Shown: positions 29,810 to 39,805, numbered from the stretch's first letter. The stretch is 64,000 nucleotides of DNA from Lachnospiraceae bacterium (GCA_963654295.1 CAVJZZ010000005.1:6890-70889); one strand, 5' to 3'. Notes: a model not told the origin generated them from the sequence alone. A program made the numbers and translations.

Positions 29810-31555
29810 TTACAATTTGAGACTCTGCTTGATGGCAGCAATCTTCTCGTTGGCTTCCTTGTCGCAACGCTCATAGCAACCGGCGCACTTCATGGTGCCC
29901 TTCACCTCGATATAGAACTTAATCTTGGGCTCAGTACCAGATGGACGAACACTCACCTTGGTGTCGTCATCACAGAACCACTGGAGCACATTGCTGGTCT
30001 CAGGCATATCGAGCTTTGTCTTGTTGCCCTGAGCATCGGTAGCCTCAAGCGTCTGGTAGTCTTTCCACAGAACAATCTTGCTGCCGCCAAGTTCCTTAGG
30101 CGGGTTGTTGCGGAAATCGGTCATCATCTGCTTGATTTCATCGGCACCAGTCTTGCCTGGGCGAACCACATTGACCGTAAACTCCTTAGAGAAGCCATAC
30201 TCCAAATAGATGCCCATCAGCAATTCATAGAGCGTCTTACCCTGGTCTTTGGCATAAGCGCAGATTTCAGCGAGCAAGGAGCAAGCCGATACGGCATCCT
30301 TGTCGCGCACAAAGTCCTCTGCAAGGAATCCGTAGCTTTCCTCACCACCACCGATATACTGCTGCTTGCCTTCAGAAAGACGGATCTCACGTGCGATCCA
30401 CTTAAAACCAGTATAGCAGTCGCGCATCTCGATGTGCTGCTTTTCAGCAATCTTGCGGATCACCTCAGTGGTCACAATGGTCTTCACAATGAAGTCTGTG
30501 GGCTTCATCAAGCCCTTCTGCTGACGATTGGTGATGATATAATAAAGGAAGAGCAGACAGGTCTGGTTGCCGTTGATGAGTATCCACTCACCCTTGTCGT
30601 TCTTGCAAGCCATGCCCACACGGTCGGCATCCGGGTCGGAAGCCATTACGATGTCGGCGTCAAGTTCCTTGGCATCACGGAGCGCCAAGGTCAAAGCCTC
30701 ACCGTTTTCAGGATTAGGACTCTTTACTGTCGGGAAGTCACCACTCTTGACCATCTGTTCCTTCACGCAGTGCACATTCTCGAAGCCCCACAGTTTCAAC
30801 GAGCGCGGGATGAGCATCATGCCTGTGCCGTGAAGAGGTGTATAGACAATCTTGAGATCTTTCTGGCGGTTAATCACTTCAGGATCGATAGACAATGCCT
30901 TGATCTTGTCAAGATATACCTTGTCAATTTCCTCGCCGATGATTTCGATGAGTTCCTTCTTGCCCTGGAACTTCACGTCTTCCACCTTCACCTTGTTCAC
31001 CTCGTCGATGATACCGGTATCGTGGGGAGCAAGCACCTGTGCGCCATCCTCCCAATAAGCCTTGTATCCGTTGTATTCGCGTGGGTTGTGAGAAGCCGTG
31101 ATGTTCACGCCGCTCTGGCAGCCGAGATGACGGATGGCAAACGAGCACTCCGGCGTAGGACGCATGTCATCAAAGAGATACACTTTAATGTCGTTAGCCG
31201 AGAAGATGTCTGCCACAGTCTCGGCGAAGAGACGGCTGTTATTGCGGCAGTCGTGGCACACCACTACGGAAATCTGCTCGCGGTCGGCAAAGTTCTTCTT
31301 GAGATAGTTGGCGAAGCCTTGGGTAGCCAAGCCAACGGTATAGATGTTCATACGGTTAGATCCCGCGCCCATAATACCGCGGAGACCACCGGTTCCAAAT
31401 TCCAAATCCTTGTAGAAGCTTTCGATCAGATTGGTCTTGTCGTCGGCATCTATCATTTCCTTTACTGCTTTCTGTGTGTCTGCATCAAAAGCCGGAGTGA
31501 GCCATTGCTGCGCTTTGGCGACACACTGTGAAATGAGTTCCTGATTGTTTTCCAT
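29810..31555 (-). CDS. pgm: Phosphoglucomutase/phosphomannomutase
   Basis: FGTGGLRG, TASHNP, DPDADR, GEESYG, RPSGTEPKIK; ATG at 31555. Confidence 0.93.
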   Translation of the reverse strand: MENNQELISQCVAKAQQWLTPAFDADTQKAVKEMIDADDKTNLIESFYKDLEFGTGGLRGIMGAGSNRMNIYTVGLATQGFANYLKKNFADREQISVVVCHDCRNNSRLFAETVADIFSANDIKVYLFDDMRPTPECSFAIRHLGCQSGVNITASHNPREYNGYKAYWEDGAQVLAPHDTGIIDEVNKVKVEDVKFQGKKELIEIIGEEIDKVYLDKIKALSIDPEVINRQKDLKIVYTPLHGTGMMLIPRSLKLWGFENVHCVKEQMVKSGDFPTVKSPNPENGEALTLALRDAKELDADIVMASDPDADRVGMACKNDKGEWILINGNQTCLLFLYYIITNRQQKGLMKPTDFIVKTIVTTEVIRKIAEKQHIEMRDCYTGFKWIAREIRLSEGKQQYIGGGEESYGFLAEDFVRDKDAVSACSLLAEICAYAKDQGKTLYELLMGIYLEYGFSKEFTVNVVRPGKTGADEIKQMMTDFRNNPPKELGGSKIVLWKDYQTLEATDAQGNKTKLDMPETSNVLQWFCDDDTKVSVRPSGTEPKIKFYIEVKGTMKCAGCYERCDKEANEKIAAIKQSLKL

Positions 31556-31665
31556 AATGTATAAATTTTGATTGTCTTGCAAAGATAGGCGCTTTCCCGA
31601 AAAAAAACAAATAAAAAGGGCAAAACTTTTTATGTTTATAGCCTTTTTGTCGTAACTTTGCACCT

Positions 31666-31968
31666 ATGGAACTATATTTCAAGGGGCTGTTCATCGCCCT
31701 GTCTACATTTCTGATTATCGGCACTTTCCACCCTATTGTCATCAAGACGGAATATCACTTCGGCACGCGACCGTGGTGGGGTTTCCTTTTACTCGGCATT
31801 GCAAGCATCGTGACGGCACTCTTTGTGGCGGACGTGTTCTGGTCTTCCTTGCTCGGCGTGCTGGGAGCTTCACTGCTTTGGTCTATCGGCGAACTGTTTG
31901 AACAGCGCAAGCGTGTGAAGAAAGGTTGGTTTCCGATGAATCCCAAACGAAAGGACGAGTACGTATGA
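31666..31968 (+). CDS. DUF4491-like membrane protein
   Basis: Three TM helices; FHPIVIKTEYHFG and EQRKRVKKGWFPMNP. Confidence 0.85.
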   Translation: MELYFKGLFIALSTFLIIGTFHPIVIKTEYHFGTRPWWGFLLLGIASIVTALFVADVFWSSLLGVLGASLLWSIGELFEQRKRVKKGWFPMNPKRKDEYV

Positions 31969-32435
31969 AAACCATGCTGATATGGGTTGGCAAGACCGTC
32001 AACAAGCACTTCGTGGCGGGTATCAACGACTACGTGGAACGCATCGGTCACTACATGCCATTCGAAACGCTCACCATCCCCGAGCTTAAGAATACGAAGA
32101 AGCTCTCTGAAGAACAGCAAAAAACAGCCGAAGGTGAACTGATCCTCAAACAGATACAACCATCAGACACGGTCGTGCTGCTCGACGAGCACGGCAAGGA
32201 GATGCGCAGCATAGAGTTTGCCGCATGGACGGAAAAGAAGCAACAGACCGCCCGGAGACTTATATATATAATAGGTGGTCCATACGGTTTCTCGGAAGCC
32301 GTATACCAGCGTGCCGACGAAAAGATATCACTGTCGCGCATGACCTTTTCCCACCAGATGGTTCGCCTGGTCTTCGTGGAGCAAATCTATCGCGCCTGCA
32401 CCATCATCAAAGGCGAACCCTATCATCACGAATAA
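31965..32435 (+). CDS. rlmH: 23S rRNA pseudouridine-1915 N3-methyltransferase
   Basis: LDEHGK, IIGGPYG, SLSRMTFSHQM, EQIYRA, PYHH; ATGA overlap with the upstream stop. Confidence 0.96.
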   Translation: MKTMLIWVGKTVNKHFVAGINDYVERIGHYMPFETLTIPELKNTKKLSEEQQKTAEGELILKQIQPSDTVVLLDEHGKEMRSIEFAAWTEKKQQTARRLIYIIGGPYGFSEAVYQRADEKISLSRMTFSHQMVRLVFVEQIYRACTIIKGEPYHHE

Positions 32436-32445
32436 TCCTTAGACC

Positions 32446-32814
32446 ATGAACGGACTTTATACGATTCTGTTGCTCCTGTTGAGCAACGTTTTCATGACGC
32501 TCGCCTGGTACGGACACCTGCGTCTGCAGACTTCAGGCATCAGCAAGGGATGGCCTCTTCTCGGTGTCATCCTCTTCTCGTGGGGCATTGCCTTCTTTGA
32601 ATACTGTTGCCAAGTGCCCGCCAACAGGATGGGCTTCAATGGTAATGGCGGTCCTTTCTCACTGGTACAACTCAAAGTGGTGCAGGAGTGCATCAGTCTT
32701 GGCGTGTTTGCCGTCATCGCCAACATTCTCTTCCAAGGACAGAGTCTGCACTGGAACCATATCCTCGCCTTTCTGTTCATCATCTGCGCCGTCTATCTCG
32801 TCTTCATGAAATGA
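32446..32814 (+). CDS. DMT family membrane protein (DUF486-like)
   Basis: SNVFMTLAWYGHL, EYCCQVPANRMG, QLKVVQE. Confidence 0.88.
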   Translation: MNGLYTILLLLLSNVFMTLAWYGHLRLQTSGISKGWPLLGVILFSWGIAFFEYCCQVPANRMGFNGNGGPFSLVQLKVVQECISLGVFAVIANILFQGQSLHWNHILAFLFIICAVYLVFMK

Positions 32815-33596
32815 CCATGCAAGGAAAAGAGACCACTGCAGAAGAACGCAAGCTCCACAAGAAGCTGAAGGCAAAATTCGAGAAAGCCATTTTCGACTAC
32901 GGTATGATAGAAGACGGCGACAAGGTGCTCGTCGCACTGTCGGGCGGAAAAGACTCGCTCTTTCTCACCGAAATGCTCGCCGAGCGCATGCGCATTTGGA
33001 AACCGAAGTTCTCGGTAGAAGCCATCCATGTGCGCATGAGCCACATCGACTACCGCACGTCGACTGACTATCTTGAAAGGTTTTGCCAAGAACTCCACGT
33101 TCCTTTGCACATCGTGGAGACCGATTTCGATCCGTCAACAGACAAGCGTAAAGTGCCGTGTTTCCTGTGTTCATGGTATCGGCGGAAGACCATCTTCCAA
33201 CAGGCACAGTCACTGGGATGCAACAAGATTGCACTGGGACACCACCAGGATGACATCATCCACACTGCCCTACTCAACCAGCTATTCCAGGGACGATACG
33301 AGACGATGCCTGTCAAACTTGCCATGCAGAAGATGCCATTCACCCTCATCCGTCCGCTCTGTCTGATGGCGGAAGCCGACATCCTGCGCATGGCTACGTT
33401 GCGACAATATGAGAAGCAGGAAAAACTCTGCCCCTACGAGACGAGCAGCAACCGCACCTACGTGGCACATCTTTTTGCCGAGATTGAAAAGCAAAACCCT
33501 GAAGCACGCCATTCCATGTGGCACGCCTTCGAGAAATCGGGCATCCTGCTGAGGCAAGAAAGCAGGGAAGAAGAAGCCCCAAGAGAAATATTTTGA
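32811..33596 (+). CDS. ttcA: tRNA 2-thiocytidine biosynthesis protein (TtcA family)
   Basis: PP-loop SGGKDS, CFLC, GHHQDD, IRPL. Confidence 0.88.
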   Translation: MTMQGKETTAEERKLHKKLKAKFEKAIFDYGMIEDGDKVLVALSGGKDSLFLTEMLAERMRIWKPKFSVEAIHVRMSHIDYRTSTDYLERFCQELHVPLHIVETDFDPSTDKRKVPCFLCSWYRRKTIFQQAQSLGCNKIALGHHQDDIIHTALLNQLFQGRYETMPVKLAMQKMPFTLIRPLCLMAEADILRMATLRQYEKQEKLCPYETSSNRTYVAHLFAEIEKQNPEARHSMWHAFEKSGILLRQESREEEAPREIF

Positions 33597-33613
33597 AAAA
33601 AGTAGAGAAAAGA

Positions 33614-33645
33614 TTTGGAGGTATCAGAGAAAAGTACTACCTTTG
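33614..33645 (+). promoter_or_regulatory. Bacteroidetes primary-sigma promoter for tRNA-Arg
   Basis: TTTG (33614-33617) - 20 nt - TACCTTTG (33638-33645). Confidence 0.75.
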
Positions 33646-33665
33646 CACTCGCAATTAAGCAATGA

Positions 33666-33739
33666 GGCTCCGTAGCTCAACTGAATAGAGCATCTGACTA
33701 CGGATCAGAAGGTTACGGGTTTGAATCCCATCGGAGTCA
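33666..33739 (+). tRNA. tRNA-Arg (ACG)
   Basis: Acceptor GGCTCCG/CGGAGTC, D-arm GCTC/GAGC, anticodon arm TCTGA-CTACGGA-TCAGA, T-loop TTTGAAT. Confidence 0.95.
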
Positions 33740-33740
33740 C

Positions 33741-33778
33741 AAAAAAAGGAATCTTACAAATGTAAGGTTCCTTTTTTG
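33741..33778 (+). terminator. Intrinsic terminator after the tRNA
   Basis: A-run GGAATCTTACA/TGTAAGGTTCC T-run. Confidence 0.8.
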
Positions 33779-33793
33779 TGTTTGTATATGTGA

Positions 33794-33997
33794 TCCGGAA
33801 TGTTTGTCGTGCGAATCATCTGCCGTTGGGTCGACGTGAGGACACGTCAACTACTACACTGCACTTGTCGTAGGCTGCGACTATGCCTGTCGTAGTAGGT
33901 GCGGCGTCCCCGCCGCATCCCCTGTGCTTGTCTGGAATCCTTGTCGTGAGAATTATCTGCCGTTGGGTCGACGTGGGGACACGTCGACTACTATACT
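33794..33997. repeat. REP/BIME-like cluster 4: class A (-, 33827-33857), class B (+, 33892-33922), class A (-, 33964-33994)
   Basis: ~67-bp imperfect direct repeat at 33794-33860 and 33931-33997 flanks GTAGTAGGTGCGGCGTCCCCGCCGCATCCCC. Confidence 0.88.
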
Positions 33998-34087
33998 GGT
34001 TTCTATTAGGGACAACGAAAAAAGCCCAATAGAGATTGTCTGCAGACAATTTCTATTGGACCTTAATGTGTGGACCACTCCTGCAGC

Positions 34088-36301
34088 CTATGCGTAGGAG
34101 TGCATGCCCGCAAGAAAATAGTTAACGCCGAAATAGGTCATCAGCACACAGAGGAAAGCAGTAATCATATAGATATGAACATACAAGGGCTTTCTCGTCC
34201 ACTTGATGTCACCATGCAACGGAGCTGCATAGATGAGCATGGTAATGAGTGCCCAGACTTCCTTGCAGTCCCATCCCCAATACTTGCCCCAACTCACATT
34301 CGCCCAGATGGCTCCGATAAATATGCCTATCGCCAAGAGCGCCACGGCTGGATAGAGAAGGAACTGTGACAACGCAGAGAGTTGCGCTTCTTTCTCTGCT
34401 GCATGACGCTGGTGAGCGATAACGCCCTGGATGCCCGTCAAAGCCATCAAACCGAACAGGGCATATGAGAACATGATGACCATCACATGGAGGGAGAGCA
34501 GAGGCGATTGCAACACCGGCATGAGTGGAGTTATCTGCGGATTGCTGTCGGTGATCATCGCTACAAGTAGGGCAAACGATGCCAAGAGGGGTCCGAAATG
34601 TTGGATCACCTGGAACTTCTTGTACATGAAGATGGTGAGGACCAACACAGCCCACGACATGAACTGCATGGTCTCATAACCATTGGACAGCGGAAGATGA
34701 CCGGACACGAACCAGCGCAACGCCAGCAAGACTGTGGTGTGCAGCAGCATGACACCGATCAATATACGCTTCGCCAACTGCATGTGCTTCTCTTTCTTTC
34801 CGGAAAGGGTCACTGTGGAAACGATGACTGCCAAAAGAGACAACGTGAGATACATCATAATGATCCACCGCTGGGTATTCAACGTATTGTAGAACAGTTC
34901 GCAATAGACTCCGAAGGTGGAAGGCATGACGTCCTTGCCACGTACGTGCTGATACTTGTAAATCTTTACAGCGATGTCTTCTGCCCTCTTTTGGTCGCCG
35001 GTAATGATACTCTCTGCCAGATAATCCATGGATTTCATGACGAAGTTGAGTTCTTTCTCGGGAAGTTTCACGCCACGCAAGGATTCGCCCGGTGCCAGCC
35101 ATCTGAACTTGCCCGATGCCTCCTTGTAAGGAAACACCTTGAGCATCTCACCATTGTAGAGCATGCGGACGATGTTGAATTTCTCGTCTATGGCGCTGAG
35201 CTTTTTCTGCAGACTCTTGTCGCCATGCTTGTAGGCATCGCGCAACGGCTTCTCCAACTTATATTCATTGTATTCGTCATAGAAATCGTGGAATGAAGCC
35301 CACTTGTCGCTCAGCCCCATCAACTCCTGCACCTTCTTATCCTTGATTTCTATCATCTTCACGGTTTCCCAGTAAGGCACGTCAAATACCCAACCGGCAA
35401 ATATCTCATTGGCAGACATGCCTTTCCAAGAAGGTTTGCCGCAGAGTTTGGTAACGAAATCCGTAGCCACTGTGTTCACTGGGCATATCCGATTGTTGTA
35501 AAGCACACAGATTCTGCCGAAGTCGTTGTAGATGCGGGAGTCTATTTTCAGTTGCTCCTGTGCATGTGCAGACTGGAACATAAGGCTGGAACAGAGCACT
35601 ACGATAGCAGCTACCATCTTGACAGAAGGCACAGCAACCGCTTTCTTGTAGAACGTCTGCATACGTGTCTTGTTGCGGAAAAGGGTGATGACCAGTGAAA
35701 CGAACAACAGCAGATAACCGACATAGGTGATGCCGATGCCCCACGGGTCGTAGAGAACACCCAAGGTGGAGCCGTTCATGTCGTCATCATAGCTTGCCTG
35801 CGTAAAGCGATAGCCTTTGTGTTCGCCGATGTTGTTCATGGAGATTTCGATAGTTTCGCCATCCGCCGTCAGCGTAGAGACATAGTCCATAGGGGCATCC
35901 GTGCCTGGATAATAGACCACCTTGAAATCTTTAAGCAAAAGGGTGAACCCGAGCGGTTGTGCTTTGCCGTCCTTGTCCTCATACGTGGATATGGCGGCAC
36001 CCTTTCTTGCGTGCACTTTCCCGCTCTCGGAGGTGAGCCAAGAAGTAAACGCACCAATCAAGATGACTACAAAAGAAAGGTGAAGCATCATGACTGCCAC
36101 CCGCTTGTGCAGTTTCCGCTTGACGATATATGCCAGGCTAAGCACTGCAAAGACTGCCCACAGCACTACAAACCATACGGAATTGTAGATATGCTCACAG
36201 GCATACGCATTGCCATGGGAATTGTCCACAAATGTGGCAACCATCATCACGAGAATGATGATGATTGCCACGCCAATAACAATATTCTTAAACTTGTTCA
36301 T
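34088..36301 (-). CDS. ccsA: System II cytochrome c synthase, CcsB-CcsA fusion
   Basis: WWD domain WANVSWGKYWGWDCKEVW; His in LHLSF, LHVMV, MHSYA; N-terminal ResB-like region. Confidence 0.92.
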   Translation of the reverse strand: MNKFKNIVIGVAIIIILVMMVATFVDNSHGNAYACEHIYNSVWFVVLWAVFAVLSLAYIVKRKLHKRVAVMMLHLSFVVILIGAFTSWLTSESGKVHARKGAAISTYEDKDGKAQPLGFTLLLKDFKVVYYPGTDAPMDYVSTLTADGETIEISMNNIGEHKGYRFTQASYDDDMNGSTLGVLYDPWGIGITYVGYLLLFVSLVITLFRNKTRMQTFYKKAVAVPSVKMVAAIVVLCSSLMFQSAHAQEQLKIDSRIYNDFGRICVLYNNRICPVNTVATDFVTKLCGKPSWKGMSANEIFAGWVFDVPYWETVKMIEIKDKKVQELMGLSDKWASFHDFYDEYNEYKLEKPLRDAYKHGDKSLQKKLSAIDEKFNIVRMLYNGEMLKVFPYKEASGKFRWLAPGESLRGVKLPEKELNFVMKSMDYLAESIITGDQKRAEDIAVKIYKYQHVRGKDVMPSTFGVYCELFYNTLNTQRWIIMMYLTLSLLAVIVSTVTLSGKKEKHMQLAKRILIGVMLLHTTVLLALRWFVSGHLPLSNGYETMQFMSWAVLVLTIFMYKKFQVIQHFGPLLASFALLVAMITDSNPQITPLMPVLQSPLLSLHVMVIMFSYALFGLMALTGIQGVIAHQRHAAEKEAQLSALSQFLLYPAVALLAIGIFIGAIWANVSWGKYWGWDCKEVWALITMLIYAAPLHGDIKWTRKPLYVHIYMITAFLCVLMTYFGVNYFLAGMHSYA

Positions 36302-36307
36302 TTCAGC

Positions 36308-37918
36308 TTAGATTGAATCCACAAACTTGATGACAAGCTCACGCTCTTCCTTCGACAACTTGCGGAATTTCTCCACGGCATAGTAAGCATCGCTCTTGCC
36401 TCCCTCGGAAACACATCCGTGCCACATGATGGCTTCCAGCGTGTTGCGGGCACGACAGTCATGGAGTCTGTCGGTATGTCCGGCACAAAGGTTCATCAGT
36501 CCGCGTCCCCAGAGTGGGGCTGTCTTGCACCATCCCGTACGAAGGTCGTTCTTCATGAACAGACGGTGCTGCACCAAATCGGTGTATGGCCAGATTTTCT
36601 GGTTGGGGTAGCGTACCATTCTGGTGTCTTCTGCCGTGAAGCGGTTGTATGGATCACGGATCTTGTCATCACCTGTTGTCCATGACGGACGGTGGCAGTT
36701 GGCACAACCAATGTTGTTGAACAGTTCCTTGCCTTTCTTGAAGTCGTCTGTTGTGGTGTTGCGGGCGGCTGGGATACCCACGCCACGATGCCACACCATA
36801 TAGTTGATGTAGTCTGACTCTTCCATTTCGATAGGCAAGTTGTCGGCATTGCCGAAGGAGATGATGTCCTTGGCGGGGTCGCCCGTGAGGTTCCATTCCG
36901 GATAGTACTCATAGAACTTGCTGGTTACGTCGGGGTCGGCGGCTGCAAACTGCCAGTATTCCTTGGGCACATAGTGCGAACGGAAGTCTTTGCGAGTTAC
37001 GTTCTGAACTTCCCAGAAGGAGGCATCCGACATCACGGAGGCGCGGTCGAGGGCATAGTCGAACTTATAGACAATACCACCGTTCTTCAGTGCCAGCGTA
37101 CCATCGGATTTTTTCACGAAGTCCTTGGCTTCATTGTCCCAGAATTGCGGGTTGAGTGTGGCAAACTTGCCTTCGCTGCGGTATTGCTCAAGGATGTCAT
37201 CATCGGGGATGGCGTCAATGAGACCGCTTCCGATGAAGCCGATGGTGGATTCCAAACGCACCTTGGCTTTCGACATAGGTACTTCCTTGCCGTCCTTGTC
37301 GATGAGTTTGCCGTAGATGCAACCGTCTTCGAGTGTCACATCGGGGTAGATGAGCGAGTAGGTCTCGCCGTCGTCAAACTTGTTGCCCCAAGAGTCTGTA
37401 TAGTCCTTCCAATCTATTTTAACCTTCTTTTCGTCAAACTGAGGTTTGAAAGGCTCTGTGGCTTGTCCCATGGCAACCCATCCGAATGACTGTACAACAA
37501 TGTCGTTCTCATCGGTAATCATGAGAATATAGGCATTGCCGAATGTATTGGAGTCGTACTTGGTCTGTCTCTTTCCATGTCCGTATCCCAGGTGGCAGTG
37601 TCTGCACGACTTTCTGATATACAGAGGACCAAGACCGCTAAGCGGCTTAAGGTTTTCTGTGAATGGTTTGTCGAAGAAAGTCTCACCTTGGGCGAATGCA
37701 ACAGAGAGTCCCTGTTTGTCAATGGCGGGCGCTGGCTGCTGGTATGCCAGGGCACTGATCTTGTAAACCGTTCCCAGTTTGCCTCCCGTGAAGAAGTCCT
37801 CTGGATAATCCTTGTATGCCTCGTCGTCGAGGTCAAGATCGAGAGATTCTTTGTCGCTACATGATATCGCCAACAGAGGAAGGGCAAGCAGTGCGGTTTT
37901 CAAATACTTGAAGTTCAT
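36308..37918 (-). CDS. Di-heme oxidoreductase family (DHOR/DUF1111-like) lipoprotein, paralog 2
   Basis: Lipobox AISC; GLGPLY; CRHCH and CANCH; PYTDL; PLWG; LHDCRAR; AIMWHG. Confidence 0.9.
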   Translation of the reverse strand: MNFKYLKTALLALPLLAISCSDKESLDLDLDDEAYKDYPEDFFTGGKLGTVYKISALAYQQPAPAIDKQGLSVAFAQGETFFDKPFTENLKPLSGLGPLYIRKSCRHCHLGYGHGKRQTKYDSNTFGNAYILMITDENDIVVQSFGWVAMGQATEPFKPQFDEKKVKIDWKDYTDSWGNKFDDGETYSLIYPDVTLEDGCIYGKLIDKDGKEVPMSKAKVRLESTIGFIGSGLIDAIPDDDILEQYRSEGKFATLNPQFWDNEAKDFVKKSDGTLALKNGGIVYKFDYALDRASVMSDASFWEVQNVTRKDFRSHYVPKEYWQFAAADPDVTSKFYEYYPEWNLTGDPAKDIISFGNADNLPIEMEESDYINYMVWHRGVGIPAARNTTTDDFKKGKELFNNIGCANCHRPSWTTGDDKIRDPYNRFTAEDTRMVRYPNQKIWPYTDLVQHRLFMKNDLRTGWCKTAPLWGRGLMNLCAGHTDRLHDCRARNTLEAIMWHGCVSEGGKSDAYYAVEKFRKLSKEERELVIKFVDSI

Positions 37919-38047
37919 TATTCAGATATATTTTGTTTAAGCATGAAAGCCACACGCTACCATTGTATGAATAAGCAAGGTAGTGTGTGGCTGTTGCCTG
38001 ACACAAGGTGTGTCAAGGCTTACATTATCAAAGTTTCATCAAATTAC

Positions 38048-39718
38048 TTAGATAGACTCCACGAAGAAGATGATGTTGTCGCGGTCGGTCTTGGAGAGGT
38101 TGCGGAACTTCTCGATAGACCAACGGGCATCACTCTTTGCATTTCCGTGCCACATGATAGCTTCGAGCGTGTTGCGGGCGCGGCAGTCATGCAGACGATC
38201 TTCTCTACCTGTGCAGAGGAGTGACAAGCCACGACCCCAAAGCGGAGTGGTGCGGCACCAACCTGTACGGATATCGTTCTCCATGAAGAGACGGTGCTGT
38301 ACGAAGTCGGTGTAAGGCCAAATCTTCTGATGAGGATAACGAGGCATGTCATCGTTGCCGAACAATCCGTTAGGATCCTGGATGTTGTCATCACCGGTCT
38401 GCCATGACGGACGGTGGCATGATGCACAACCAATCTCGTTGAAGAGCTTCATACCCTGCTTGAATCTGTCAGTATTGGTGTTGCGGGCTGCAGGAACAGC
38501 AAGACCACGGTGCCAAATCATAAAGTTCTTGTACTGAGCTTGCGTCATCTCTGCATCAAGATTCTTGTCAGTGAGATAGTTGTAGATATTCTGCTTCACA
38601 TCGTCTGTATGCCAGCTGGCATGCTTCTTTTCCGGGTCAATCTTGCTAATGTATTCTGGGAAGCCAGCCTGTACATCGGCATCGTTCATAGACGTGGTGG
38701 CATAGATGGTGCCGTTCAAATCCAGGTAATGCTTGGTGCGGTCGGGACGGGTCACGTTAGTGATGTTCCAGATGGCGTTGGCACCAGCTGCGTCGAGGAT
38801 TGGACCGCGACTCAAAGCGTAGGTGTAACGGCGAACATATTTTGTGCCTGTTGCACCTGAATACATGCTAACCCAATTGTTGTCTGTTTGGCTCCAGTAA
38901 GCTGGATTCAGAGCATCTGTCTTTCCTACTGAGTTGAAGTACTCGCTCTGACGTTTCCATTCAGCTGTAATTGAGTCGTCAGGTATAGCATCTGTGATAC
39001 CAGTTCCGTAGATACCGATAGTAGACTCAAGGCGAATTCCGATTTGGTCAGCAACTTCAGATCTTGGGATGATTACATCCTGCTTGTTGCGGGTCACGTG
39101 GATGTCTGAGTAATAAGCGTCAGCAGGAATGGTTACCTCGGGATACTGCAAGCTGTAGGTCTCGCCGTCAGGGAACTTGTTGCCCCATTCGTCGGTGTAC
39201 GACTCCCACTTAATCTTAATCTTACTCTCGTCGATTGGAGCTTTGAATGGTGCTATAGCACCAGTCTGAGGCATGCCGGCAACAGATGTGATATAAGCGT
39301 TGGTCTGCTTGTCATAAATCACAAGCAGATATCCGTTACCCATATCGTCTGCCTTGTATTGGTCTTTCCACTGACCATGGCCATAGTTAGGATGGCAGTA
39401 GAGACAACCACGGCGCACGTAAACAGGACCGAGTCCCATGAAGGCACCGCTTGTGTTGGTGTTGTAATCTCTCTCGAAGAGGGTTTCACCAATTTGGAAT
39501 GCCTGTCCCATTCCTGCCTTATCTACTGCAGGAGTTGCTTGACGATAGGCGTAAGCCGTGGTCAAATTGGTTGTTCCGAGCTCACCGCCGGCATAATACC
39601 ATTCGGTGGGAGTGCCATAGCTCACTGGCAAATCGACGTCTACATCTTTGTCGTTGTCTGAGCAACTGCTTAATGCCATGGCTGACAACAAAGCCGAGAA
39701 TAAATAAATCCGTTTCAT
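38048..39718 (-). CDS. Di-heme oxidoreductase family (DHOR/DUF1111-like) lipoprotein, paralog 1
   Basis: Lipobox LSSC; GLGPVY; CLYCH and CASCH; RTTPLWG; LHDCRAR; AIMWHG. Confidence 0.9.
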   Translation of the reverse strand: MKRIYLFSALLSAMALSSCSDNDKDVDVDLPVSYGTPTEWYYAGGELGTTNLTTAYAYRQATPAVDKAGMGQAFQIGETLFERDYNTNTSGAFMGLGPVYVRRGCLYCHPNYGHGQWKDQYKADDMGNGYLLVIYDKQTNAYITSVAGMPQTGAIAPFKAPIDESKIKIKWESYTDEWGNKFPDGETYSLQYPEVTIPADAYYSDIHVTRNKQDVIIPRSEVADQIGIRLESTIGIYGTGITDAIPDDSITAEWKRQSEYFNSVGKTDALNPAYWSQTDNNWVSMYSGATGTKYVRRYTYALSRGPILDAAGANAIWNITNVTRPDRTKHYLDLNGTIYATTSMNDADVQAGFPEYISKIDPEKKHASWHTDDVKQNIYNYLTDKNLDAEMTQAQYKNFMIWHRGLAVPAARNTNTDRFKQGMKLFNEIGCASCHRPSWQTGDDNIQDPNGLFGNDDMPRYPHQKIWPYTDFVQHRLFMENDIRTGWCRTTPLWGRGLSLLCTGREDRLHDCRARNTLEAIMWHGNAKSDARWSIEKFRNLSKTDRDNIIFFVESI

Positions 39719-39805
39719 AATGTATTTGTTTTATACGTAAAATGTTGGCAGCCGATTCACAGGAATACGGCTACCAACTTGATTGTTTATTCGTTAATCA
39801 GAGAA

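Noticed and set aside
33794..33997. REP mosaic as a CRISPR array
   Set aside because: Units alternate in orientation and class, linkers are duplicated rather than unique, and the same units are scattered across the window.
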